A DNA stretch of 64,000 nt from an uncultured Phycisphaerales bacterium. GTDB taxonomy: Bacteria > Planctomycetota > Phycisphaerae > Tepidisphaerales > Tepidisphaeraceae. Below the pieces are notes generated by a model. That model was not told the origin of the DNA. It searched no databases and worked only from the letters and a program-made list of their open reading frames with translations. The position numbers were made by a program, and so were the translations under genes. Positions 1-8,948 of the stretch are shown piece after piece. Every line of letters starts with the position of its first letter. Positions within the stretch are counted from its first letter, which is position 1. The DNA lies in contig CAVWVQ010000003.1 of assembly GCA_963758525.1 (NCBI GenBank), positions 2,368,001-2,432,000 on the forward strand, in the 5' to 3' direction.

Positions 1-213
1 AGTAATCCCTTTGATCTGACACCCCACGGCATCTGCATTGCCAACCGAACGATATACCGTCAGCTTACTGTCAATCCTGTCAGCGTAGAACTCATCGGGG
101 CGCCAGTGATAATGGATACAATCACCGTACTGGTTGTACGATGGCACCGCAGTGAATTGCAGGTTCTCTCCAGCGGTGACGCGATCGAAGAATTCTACAA
201 TTGTTTCGGCCAT
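1..213 (-). CDS. Hypothetical protein, DUF2283-like (possible antitoxin); runs off the window edge
   Basis: Manual translation from ATG 213: MAETIVEFFDRVTAGENLQFTAVPSYNQYGDCIHYHWRPDEFYADRIDSKLTVYRSVGNADAVGCQIKGIT. The Y..GD.I.Y...AVG.QI pattern resembles DUF2283. Overlaps the stop of the upstream ORF. Confidence 0.5.
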   Translation of the reverse strand, partial: MAETIVEFFDRVTAGENLQFTAVPSYNQYGDCIHYHWRPDEFYADRIDSKLTVYRSVGNADAVGCQIKGIT

Positions 214-674
214 AATCTCTTCCCAAATCTGTCGTGATATCCAAGCGGCAAACCTTCTACGTCCGGATCGGCTGGCTCCCACCTCCACTCAAACACAATT
301 CCATGAGGGTTAACATACACGCAAAATACCTTTCCGGGTACGGGCGGTATCTTCGCGCCTCCGTTAGTATAGGCACAAGCAGGCACCCCCGAATAGCACG
401 TCCCGCCGACTTGGAAATCCCGCACACCATCGAAAATCGCCGCGGGCGCGGCCAATACATGCTGTACGGGACTTCCAGTTGTTGGGTCGGACCTGTCCCC
501 GATGACCTCGTGCAGCATCGATGCCGGACGGGTCTTTTGAAAGCGGACAACCAGATCGCTCATAAGCTTGACTATTTTGTCCCCTCCCGTGTCGGGGGAG
601 AGCGCCTTGATGGGAAAATGAGCGGCAGTCGAGGGTTGTCCGGCAGAGGATTTATCGGGTCGTTCGCGCCCCAC
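195..674 (-). CDS. Hypothetical protein (possible toxin partner); start uncertain
   Basis: 159-aa ORF in a lower-GC segment; overlaps the next gene by 19 nt; ends VFCVYV...FEWRWE...RFGKRLW. Confidence 0.5.
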   Translation of the reverse strand: MGRERPDKSSAGQPSTAAHFPIKALSPDTGGDKIVKLMSDLVVRFQKTRPASMLHEVIGDRSDPTTGSPVQHVLAAPAAIFDGVRDFQVGGTCYSGVPACAYTNGGAKIPPVPGKVFCVYVNPHGIVFEWRWEPADPDVEGLPLGYHDRFGKRLWPKQL

Positions 675-776
675 GAAATTCAGCTTATCCGTCTTTTCTT
701 ATCACTTCAACGCCTGCAGAAGACTCAGCAAGAAGAGTCTTTGAAGGCCGGCTATGTCCCTCCCGTCCCTTCCCCC

Positions 777-935
777 TCACTTTTTCATCGCGGCAGCGGC
801 GCGCATGTTGTCGACGAGATTCGGGTACTTCCGGCCGGCGCGTTTCGCCGCGGCTTTGGCGGAGGCTTTGGCCTTTGGCGTCAGCTTTGTGGATTTCTTC
901 TTCGGGTTGGGACGCTTCCAGGGAGGAGATTTCAT
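777..935 (-). CDS. Small basic protein (52 aa), absent from the ORF track
   Basis: MKSPPWKRPNPKKKSTKLTPKAKASAKAAAKRAGRKYPNLVDNMRAAAAMKK*; I recognise the 'AGR.YPNLVDNM' motif from small conserved hypothetical proteins. Confidence 0.7.
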   Translation of the reverse strand: MKSPPWKRPNPKKKSTKLTPKAKASAKAAAKRAGRKYPNLVDNMRAAAAMKK

Positions 936-1008
936 AGGCTATGCAGCGTACCGGGATCGGAAGAGTCGCGGAGCGGGAGAAATCGGTGAGACTTCAGCGC
1001 CGGCGGGG

Positions 1009-1048
1009 CATTGCAAAATGCAAATTGAGGATTGCAAATTGCAAAATG
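1009..1048. repeat. Heptamer tandem repeat (TGCAAAA/TGCAAAT-like)
   Basis: cattgcaaaatgcaaattgaggattgcaaattgcaaaatg. Confidence 0.6.
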
Positions 1049-1120
1049 GGGACAGGGCTAGCCGCTTCGTTCTTCGCGGGGCCCGGCGCGAGCGAGGCGA
1101 GCAGTGGTTTTTCAGCGCAT

Positions 1121-1181
1121 AAAAAATGGCCCGCGAGGTGATGGAGAGGGGGGGAACTCCATCGGGGAAACCCGCGGGCCG
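1121..1181 (-). ncRNA. Candidate small RNA or attenuator: long hairpin with C-rich loop and bulge, ending in U6
   Basis: Stems 1128-1139/1170-1180 and 1140-1146/1157-1163; loop UUCCCCCCCU; U-tract 1121-1126; promoter-like TATACT directly upstream. Confidence 0.5.
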
Positions 1182-1186
1182 ACAGG

Positions 1187-1235
1187 AGTATACACCACGT
1201 GGGGATTTTCACAAACTGAAAATCGAAAAAGAAAA
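1187..1235 (-). promoter_or_regulatory. Putative sigma70 promoter
   Basis: Minus strand TTGTGA (1214-1209), 16 nt, TATACT (1192-1187), with an A/T-rich UP-like tract upstream. Confidence 0.5.
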
Positions 1236-1261
1236 GGGGCCGTCGGGGGGACGAGCGGGGA

Positions 1262-2770
1262 TTGAAGAAGGGCGCGCGGTTCTGCATGATTTGCGTGACG
1301 CTTCAAACCGCGATCGCTCCGCGTTCTGGGCTCAAACCGGGGATTGGCTCGTCTGGGAAGATCGCCCAAGGGAGACGCTTGCAAACGTCCGATAATCCAT
1401 CAGCTACACGCGTGCCAGCCGGTGTTAGGGGGGAATTCCCGGGTCCGCGCGGGCATTGGCTCAGGGGGTGCCTCCCGCAAATGAGGAGCGATCCACTTGG
1501 GCTTTATACCGATGCCCGCCGGGAGTTTGGGGATTACGTGCGCATTCGCGTTGTCGCCGGAATCGAGTGCTACCTGCTGACTCATCCGGACGCGGTCGAG
1601 CACATTTTGCATAAGCGGCATCGCAACTACCGCAAGCCGGACCGATTTTACAATAGCGTGGGGCTGCTGGTCGGCAACGGGCTGTTCACCAATGAGGGAG
1701 AGGCCTGGCACCGGCAGCGGCAACTGGCGCAGCCGGCGTTTCACCGGCAGTCTATTTCGATGCTAAGCCCGCTCATGGTCGAGGGGGCCGAGGCGTTTGT
1801 GCGGGAGCAGGAGCCGAACGTCGGGCAGCCGATCGACATGGTGCCAGCGATGATGAAGGTGGGAATGCGGATCGCCAGCACGACGCTGTTCGGCGCGGAT
1901 ATCTCGGGCGACGCGGACACCGTCGGCACCGCATACCGAACCGCCTTCGCGCACATCAGCCGGCGGATGAACTCCACGCAACTGGTGCCGAACTGGGCGC
2001 CGACGGCCGCCAATCGCTCGTTTGCCCGGGCGAAGCGGCTGCTGGATCAGTTGGTGATGCAACTGATTGCCGCACGGCGCGCCAGCGCCGATGACTCGAA
2101 ACGGGATCTGCTCTCCATGCTGATGGACGCGCGAGAGGAAGGTTCTGGCGAGCGCATGTCCGATCGGCAGTTGATGGACGAGGTGCTGACGCTGCTCACT
2201 GCGGGGCACGAAAATATCGGGGCCGCGCTGGTCTGGACGTGGTATCTGATTGCGAGACATCCCGTCACGCAGCGCGATCTTCACGACGAGCTTGACGCGC
2301 AATTGGGAGGACGTAGCCCCGCGATGGATGATCTGACGAAGCTGCCGATGCTGTGCGCCGTCTTCGCGGAATCACTGCGGCTGTATCCGCCGGGATGGGG
2401 CCAGTTGCGCGAGAGCATTGAGCCCGATGAGATCGAGGGGTACGCGGTTCCCGCCAAGGCGATGATTCTGCTCTGCCAGTGGGTGACGCACCGGCATCCG
2501 GATTTCTGGGAGGACGCCGAGCAGTTCAAGCCGGAGCGGTTCTTGAACGGGAGCGCCGATCGGCATCGGTTTGCCTATTTCCCGTTTGGCGGCGGGCCGC
2601 GCATCTGCATCGGATTGCAGTTTGCGATGTGCGAGGGGCCGTTGGTGCTGGCGACGATTCTGCAGCGGTTTGAGATCGAGTTGGTGGCGGGGCAGGAGGT
2701 GACGCCGGACGCGACGTTCACGCTGCTGCCCAAGCATGGGTTGAAGGCGATCCTGCGCGATCGGGGGTGA
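1262..2770 (+). CDS. Cytochrome P450 (true start probably downstream, ~1412-1481)
   Basis: Heme motif FGGGPRICIG, ExxR (ESLR), PERF, I-helix AGHEN. Confidence 0.95.
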   Translation: MKKGARFCMICVTLQTAIAPRSGLKPGIGSSGKIAQGRRLQTSDNPSATRVPAGVRGEFPGPRGHWLRGCLPQMRSDPLGLYTDARREFGDYVRIRVVAGIECYLLTHPDAVEHILHKRHRNYRKPDRFYNSVGLLVGNGLFTNEGEAWHRQRQLAQPAFHRQSISMLSPLMVEGAEAFVREQEPNVGQPIDMVPAMMKVGMRIASTTLFGADISGDADTVGTAYRTAFAHISRRMNSTQLVPNWAPTAANRSFARAKRLLDQLVMQLIAARRASADDSKRDLLSMLMDAREEGSGERMSDRQLMDEVLTLLTAGHENIGAALVWTWYLIARHPVTQRDLHDELDAQLGGRSPAMDDLTKLPMLCAVFAESLRLYPPGWGQLRESIEPDEIEGYAVPAKAMILLCQWVTHRHPDFWEDAEQFKPERFLNGSADRHRFAYFPFGGGPRICIGLQFAMCEGPLVLATILQRFEIELVAGQEVTPDATFTLLPKHGLKAILRDRG

Positions 2771-2805
2771 TGCGGTCTGTCGACGCCATCTGCAAAGGTT
2801 GGAAG

Positions 2806-3228
2806 TTACCGAATCGCTATGCCTCCGGGATCACTTCCCAATTTCTGCAGCGATGACAGTCGCTCGTGGAGCAAATGCAATTGGTCACTCATCCGTTCGT
2901 GGTCGCAGCCGTCGACGATGATCCGCGGAGAAAACTGCATCGACGCCAGCGTGAGCGTCATCAGTAGGATGGCGAAGACGATCGAAACGACCGTCATGAT
3001 AGACGTCGCAATGGCGGCAAGAATGACCTGGGCCACGACGGGATCCGCCCGCGTGGGAAACAGAAAGCGGGGAACCCAGGCGCTGAAGGCGGGGTAAAAT
3101 TCCTCAAGCCACGAGAGTCCAGCGCCCAAGGTTCCCAGCGCCAGTGCGATGGCCAGCGGCCGTAGCAGAAACCCGCCGCGCAGGTTGTACAGAATGTGGC
3201 GAAAGATGAGCGGGAGGCGCTTGTTCAT
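2806..3228 (-). pseudogene. DUF2254-family membrane protein, truncated or internally deleted
   Basis: 'SIMTVVSIVFAILLMTLTLASMQFSPRII' matches the DUF2254 N-terminus, but the ORF ends about 35 aa later; the family is normally about 400 aa. Confidence 0.7.
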
Positions 3229-3386
3229 GACTGGAATGAAATGCAGAGGCATGAAATGGCCCGACCATTCCCGCGCCTGCGGCCGAGGCACGACCGCACC
3301 GGGAATCATCGTAATTCAGCGGCGGGCATTTTGCGAAGAAGACGGATCATGCCCTGGCGAGCGGGCGTGGCGCTCGAACTTGGCGA

Positions 3387-3454
3387 GCAGGGCGGGATTC
3401 ATCCCGCCGATCTGTTGGCCGGCCGAGAAATCGGCGGGGTGAATCCCGCCCTAC
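3387..3454. repeat. REP-like inverted doublet, family B (GTAGGGCGGGATTTATCCCGCC)
   Basis: gcagggcgggattcatcccgccga ... tcggcggggtgaatcccgccctac; same unit at 31188-31255. Confidence 0.85.
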
Positions 3455-3470
3455 CATCACAAGATAAGAG

Positions 3471-5154
3471 TTACACCTTGGCGAGCGGACGGGCGGCGGC
3501 GGATTCGTAGTCGCGGATCGCCTCGACGGCGTCGAGGGGGGTCTGCGCCTGGGAGAGGGCGCGGCGCAATTCGCGGTTTTGCAGCGCACGGCCGACGCGG
3601 GCGAGAAGCTGGAGGTGAATATTTGACCCGCTCTCGGGGGAGAGAAGCAGAAACACCGCCTCGACCGGTTTTTCCGTCTGGGCGTCGAGCACGCCGCCGT
3701 GGGTCAGCCCAAGGGCGACGAGCGGCTCGTTGATTTCCTCGAGACGCGCGTGCGGGAGGGCAATCCCTTCGTTGAGATAGGTCGATCCCTGCTTCTCGCG
3801 CTCCAGCAGCTTTTCGATGACGTGCTGCGGCTCCAGCGACGGATTGCCTCGCGTGACGGATTCAACCAGGCGCTTGCGGATATCCCTGGTGGTGATCGGA
3901 TCCTTCCAGATGACAATGCGCTCGGGCGCGAGAAGCCCGCTCAGAATCCCCGGCGGCCGGGCGGCGCCGTCGTTTGACGGGGCGTTGGGCTCGATGAATT
4001 CGGTGGAGGTGCGCTCGTCGCTTTCGGCGTCAACGACGACGATCGTCACGCCGCGGGCGCGATGGATCAGTCCTTCGGCGACGCTCTTCTCGCCGCTGAT
4101 GCGCCGCCACCAGGGAAGCCGGCGCGGCCGGCCGATGACCACCTGCCCGACGCGATATTCCTTGGCGAAGCGCAGAATCGTGTCAACCACGTCCTGGCCT
4201 TTGAAGGTGAAGACCATGGCGCCCAACTGGTTGGCAAGCGTAAGCGTGTCGGCCAGCAGGCGCTGGGTGACCGCGTCGATGACCGTCGGCTCTTCGCGCG
4301 GGGTCTGCACGTAGATGGCATACCAGTTGCGATTGAGCCGGCCCGCGAGGCGCGACGCAAAGCGAAGCAGCCGCGCGCTGTTGGGCCCGCGCGACGAGAG
4401 GCAGACCATGATCTGGTCGGGGGCGCCGTTGGTAGGCGGCGCGTGCTGGTCCTGGGCGGTCTCGCGGCGCTTGAAGTCGAGCTGCGAGGCCAGCTCGCGC
4501 AGCGTGAGCTCGCGCAGATGTTCGAGATTGGACTCGGTAAAGAAATTCTCCAGCGACGACGCGACGCGATCCTTCGGATAAATCTTCCCTTCGCGCAGGC
4601 GCGTCTGCAGATCCTCCGCGGCCAGGTCGATGTTGACCACCTGATCGGCCTCGGAGAGCACCGAGTCGGGAATGCGCTCGCGCACCTTCACGCCGATGAG
4701 CTGTTCGACGGTGTTGTAGAGGCTCTCCAGATGCTGCACGTTGAGCGCGGAGATGACGTGAATTCCCGCGGCGAGAATGTCCTGCACGTCCTGGTATCGC
4801 TTGGCATTGCGGCTGCCGGGAACATTGGTGTGGGCAAGCTCGTCGACGAGCACCACCTGCGGCTTGGCGCCAGGATCGCGTCAACGTCCATCTCTTCGAC
4901 GACGATGCCGTGATATTCGCTCTTTCGGCGCGGGATCACTTCAAGGCCGTCAATCAGCTTGGCAGTTTCGGCGCGACCATGCGTTTCGACCAGTCCGACG
5001 ACGACGTCGATTCCGTCTTTCTTGAGGCGATGCGCCTCGGAGAGCATCTGAAACGTCTTGCCGACGCCGGGGCCGTAGCCGAGATAGACTTTCAGCCGGC
5101 CGCGCTGGGAGCGACGAATGAGCTGGAGAAAAGCTTGGCGCGGTCTTCAGACAT
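3471..5154 (-). CDS. kdpD: Soluble KdpD N-terminal sensor domain + Usp + PTS EIIA type-2 domain fusion (two frameshifts, ~5138 and ~4868)
   Basis: RGRLKVYLGYGPGVGKT Walker A; VETHGR; LVDELAHTN..KRYQDV; Usp MVCLSS...WYAIYV; C-terminal 'EREKQGSTYLNEGIALPHARL...HLQLLARV' EIIA signature. No TM, HisKA or HATPase domain. Confidence 0.9.
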
Positions 5155-5160
5155 ATTTAG

Positions 5161-5344
5161 GTACCACGGGTTTCCAACCCGTGCGAGGAGCATCAGAACG
5201 ACAAAGGCCCCGGGCTCTCTCTGAACCCGACTCGAAGAAAACTCGTGCGAACAGCATCAAAAGGACAACGACTCCAGTTTCTGCGTCAGGGGAATATCAT
5301 CACTTTACTGCTGCGCACTATGCACGGGTTGGAAACCCGTGGTA
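5161..5344. repeat. REP-like inverted pair, family A (GTACCACGGGTTTCCAACCCGTG)
   Basis: Copies at 5161-5184 and 5322-5344 (inverted); the second overlaps the 3' end of a small gene. Confidence 0.85.
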
Positions 5345-5559
5345 CGTGTAAGTCTCCAGCGGTTGAGCGCGACGAGCGACCAGATCGCTTCAACCAGGCC
5401 GAAGGGCCACGCGCCCTGCAGGAAGCCGTAAATTGACCCCATTACGCAGGAGCCCGCGAAGGCCAGGACGTACCAGGGCGAGCGGTCTTCCATCGCGTAG
5501 GTGAAGAGCATCAGGCTCACCGCGAGGAGTCCGAATAATGTGAGACGATCGAGTGTCAT
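5305..5559 (-). CDS. Small membrane protein (84 aa, about 3 TM) within the kdp operon
   Basis: MTLDRLTLFGLLAVSLMLFTYAMEDRSPWYVLAFAGSCVMGSIYGFLQGAWPFGLVEAIWSLVALNRW; the last residues are contributed by a REP. Confidence 0.75.
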   Translation of the reverse strand: MTLDRLTLFGLLAVSLMLFTYAMEDRSPWYVLAFAGSCVMGSIYGFLQGAWPFGLVEAIWSLVALNRWRLTRTTGFQPVHSAQQ

Positions 5560-5562
5560 ACC

Positions 5563-5660
5563 TGTACCACGGGTTTCCAACCCGTGCCTGCGGCTGCAAA
5601 GATCAAACGACGCAACTGTACCACTCTCGCACAACACACGGGTTGGAAACCCGTGGTACA
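5563..5660. repeat. REP-like inverted pair, family A
   Basis: tgtaccacgggtttccaacccgtgc and acacgggttggaaacccgtggtaca. Confidence 0.85.
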
Positions 5661-5725
5661 AACGGCGGTCGCGGGGCGGCGTGTGGCGATGCCAGGCCCC
5701 GCGACCAGCCGGGAAGTCGATCTGG

Positions 5726-6640
5726 TTATTTGACCGGCGCCGTCGTCGGTGCCGTGGCGGGCGGCGCGGGGACGGGGTAGGCCGCATCCAGCGCCAGGTT
5801 CGCCATGAGCACATTCACGCCCGGATCGCCAAGAAGCCCGAAACTAGGATTGTCGGTGTGCTGATCGAGCAGTGCCAGCACTCTCTCGACTGGAACGTGC
5901 CGCGCATCGGCGACGCGCCGGGCCTGCATGCGGGCGTTGTCGGGACTGATGTGCGGATCGAGACCGGAGGCGGAAGCAGTGACGGCATCGCTGGGAATCA
6001 GAACGGCCGATCCGTCGGCTTTTCTGAAATCGCCGGCGACGAGTACGACGCGATCGGCCGCATCGCTGGCCGGATGCGGGAAAGCGTCGATCAGTGCGAC
6101 ATCGTTGAGATTGCCCTGCGCATCGGTGAACTTGGCCAGCGGAACTTCATCGCGTGTTCCGTCAGGCTTCAGATTGTAGAGCTTGAACGACAGGCCATTG
6201 TCCATCGCATAATGCAGCGTCCGCAGGCGAACACCGTCGTAGGCGACCGACTCCGGCTGGGTCGTCGGCTGCGTGGTGGCGGCGTTGGTGACTCCATTGA
6301 GCAGCTTATCGCTCAGCGGCCCCAGGTTGCTCCCGCCCGAACTGCTCGGATCGTAGCCACTGCCCGCGGCGCTGGGCCGGGGATGGAAATATCCCGGGAA
6401 AGTGAACGACTGCCCGAGAAGAGACGAACCTACCGCCTGATCATCTTTGGTGGTGAAGCTTCCGTCCCGTTTGACCAGCGATCCGTTCGCGCGGGCGGGG
6501 AAGAGTGCCTGCCCGAGTCCCCAGACAATCAGCGGATAGATTCCGCAGCAGATGATCACCAGCACGATCGTGGCGCTGATGGACGAGAATAAATGGCGAA
6601 CGAATGATCCGCCGGATTCTGAATGTAATTTCTGAGTCAT
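5726..6640 (-). CDS. kdpC: K+-transporting ATPase subunit C (extended, ~304 aa)
   Basis: GIYPL..G.GQALFP.RANGSL, YFHPRPSAAG, SGGSNLGP, DAVTASASGLDPHISP, VNVL..NLALD; carries a large internal insertion. Confidence 0.93.
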   Translation of the reverse strand: MTQKLHSESGGSFVRHLFSSISATIVLVIICCGIYPLIVWGLGQALFPARANGSLVKRDGSFTTKDDQAVGSSLLGQSFTFPGYFHPRPSAAGSGYDPSSSGGSNLGPLSDKLLNGVTNAATTQPTTQPESVAYDGVRLRTLHYAMDNGLSFKLYNLKPDGTRDEVPLAKFTDAQGNLNDVALIDAFPHPASDAADRVVLVAGDFRKADGSAVLIPSDAVTASASGLDPHISPDNARMQARRVADARHVPVERVLALLDQHTDNPSFGLLGDPGVNVLMANLALDAAYPVPAPPATAPTTAPVK

Positions 6641-6654
6641 GACTGCTCCGTTTG

Positions 6655-6783
6655 TAAACCCGAACGACGAGACCCGATCGCAAAACAAATCCGAATGACG
6701 AAACCCGATCGCGTAACAAACCCGAATGACGAAACCCGAATCCCCGAATCAAGTCCGAATGACGAATGACCGAATGACGAAAC
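6655..6783. repeat. Degenerate tandem repeat (CCGAATGACGAAA / CGAATGA) in the kdpB-kdpC spacer
   Basis: Several copies of ccgaatgacgaa, and duplicated aaacccgatcgc..acaaa. Confidence 0.7.
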
Positions 6784-6879
6784 AAAAATGCGCAACTTGG
6801 ATCCCCTTTCTTACCCTTCGTGCCTCCGTGCCGCAGTTTACCCGCCGCGGCGGGTGCCTCCGTGCCTTTCTTCCTCCCT

Positions 6880-8917
6880 TCAACTCACAACGTGCCGGAC
6901 GAGCAAATCGATCGCCCAGATGCCGGGGAACGGGCAGATCACGCCACCCACTCCGTAGACCAGGAGGTTGCGGCGCAGAATGACCGATGCGGATGCGGGT
7001 CGGAATTTCACGCCGCGCAGGGCCAGGGGAATCAGCAGGATGATGATGACGGCATTGAAGATGACGGCACTGAGGATCGCGCTGTGTGGGGACGCCAGGC
7101 GCATCACATTCAACGGCGCGATCTGCGGAAACGCGCCAACGAGCATCGCGGGGATGATGGCAAAGTATTTGGCGACGTCGTTGGCCACGCTGAACGTCGT
7201 GAGGGCGCCGCGGGTCATCAGCAGTTGCTTGCCGATCTCGACAACTTCAATCAGCTTCGTCGGATTGCTGTCGAGATCGACCATGTTGCCCGCTTCCTTG
7301 GCGGCCTGGGTGCCGGTGTTCATCGCGACGCCCACGTCCGCCTGCGCCAGGCGCTGGCGCGTCGTTGGTTCCATCGCCGGTCATCGCGACCAGGTGACCG
7401 CTCGCTTGCTCCTTCTTGAGCAGCGCCAGCTTGGCTTCGGGCGTGGCCTGGGCGAGGAAATCATCGACGCCGGCCTCTTTGGCAATCGCTGCAGCCGTCA
7501 GCGGATTGTCGCCGGTGATCATGACTGTCTTAATGCCCATGGCGCGGAAGCGCTGGAAGCGGTCGGGCAAGCCCTGTTTGACGATGTCCTTCAGATAGAT
7601 CACGCCGAGCGCTTTGGTCCTGGTGGCGACGACCAGAGGCGTACCGCCGGCGCGACTGATCTTCTCGACCGACTGATCCAATTCCGATGCGAAGACGCCG
7701 CCGCTTTCGGCGACGAACTTTCGCACGCTGTCAGCCGCGCCTTTGCGATACACCTCACCGTTGACATTCAATCCGCTCATGCGGGTCTGGGCGGTAAACG
7801 GCACGAACACCGCGTGCGGCATCTCGCTGATTTCGCGGCCCCGCAGGCCGTACTTCTCCTTGGCGAGGACCACGATGCTGCGCCCTTCGGGCGTTTCGTC
7901 GGCGAGACTCGAAAGCTGCGCCGCGTTGGCCAGTTCCTCGGAGGAGACGCCCGGAGCGCACAGGAATTCCGCCGCCTGGCGATTCCCGAGCGTGATCGTG
8001 CCGGTCTTGTCGAGCAGGAGCACGTCGACGTCCCCCGCCGCCTCGACGGCCTTGCCGCTCATGGCAAGCACGTTGTGCTGCACCATGCGGTCGATCCCGG
8101 CGATGCCGATGGCGGACAGAAGGCCGCCGATCGTGGTTGGAATCAGGCAGACGAGCAGTGAGACCAGGACGGTGACGGTGATCGCCGCATCGACCGACGG
8201 ACCGGAGTACTGCGCGAAAGGCTTGAGGGTCACGCAGACCACCAGGAAGATAATCGTCAGCGCCGACAGCAGGATCGAGAGGGCGATCTCGTTGGGCGTC
8301 TTCTGGCGCTTGGCCCCTTCGATCAGCTCGATCATGCGGTCCATGAAACTCTCGCCGGGGTTGGCGGTGACGCGGATCTTGAGCTCGTCGGAAAGTACGG
8401 TGGTGCCGCCCGTCACCGCCGAGCGGTCGCCGCCGGCCTCGCGGATGACGGGAGCGGATTCGCCGGTGATGGCGGATTCGTTAACGCTGGCGGCGCCTTC
8501 AATGATCTCCCCGTCGGCGGCAATCAACTCATTGGCCGTGACGACCAACACATCGCCCTTGCGGAGCGATTCTGCCGCCACGGTCTGAATCGACCCGTCG
8601 GGCATGAGCTTTCGCCCGACGCTTTTGGTGCGGCTCTTGCGCAGCGTGTCCGCCTGGGCCTTGCCGCGCCCTTCGGCCATCGCTTCCGCGAAGTTGGCGA
8701 AGATGACGGTGAACCAGAGCCACAGCGAGATCTGGGCGACGAAGGATCGCGCATCTTTCGTAAAGAAAAGATCGACCGTGGTGACGGCAGCGCCAACCTG
8801 GGTCACAAACATGACCGGGTTCTTCCACATGTGAACTGGATTCAGCTTTTTGAGACTCTCGATGATCGCCGGCTTGACGATCTCCGCATCGAATAATGGT
8901 CGTGCTTTGGTAGCCAT
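6880..8917 (-). CDS. kdpB: K+-transporting ATPase subunit B (one frameshift ~7350)
   Basis: [25 protein letters not shown] phosphorylation site, TGDN, GDGTND; continues [32 protein letters not shown] in the next frame. Confidence 0.97.
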
Positions 8918-8948
8918 AATAGTTCTCTCTATACAGACGGATTCTAGA

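Noticed and set aside
5161..5660. Possible CRISPR array from four 24-nt repeats
   Set aside because: Copies alternate in orientation with irregular spacing that includes a gene, which is REP-doublet behaviour.
6880..8917. Programmed frameshifting or true pseudogenisation of kdpB and other split genes
   Set aside because: No slippery sequences. Indels are scattered over unrelated genes with otherwise intact motifs, best explained as sequencing error.
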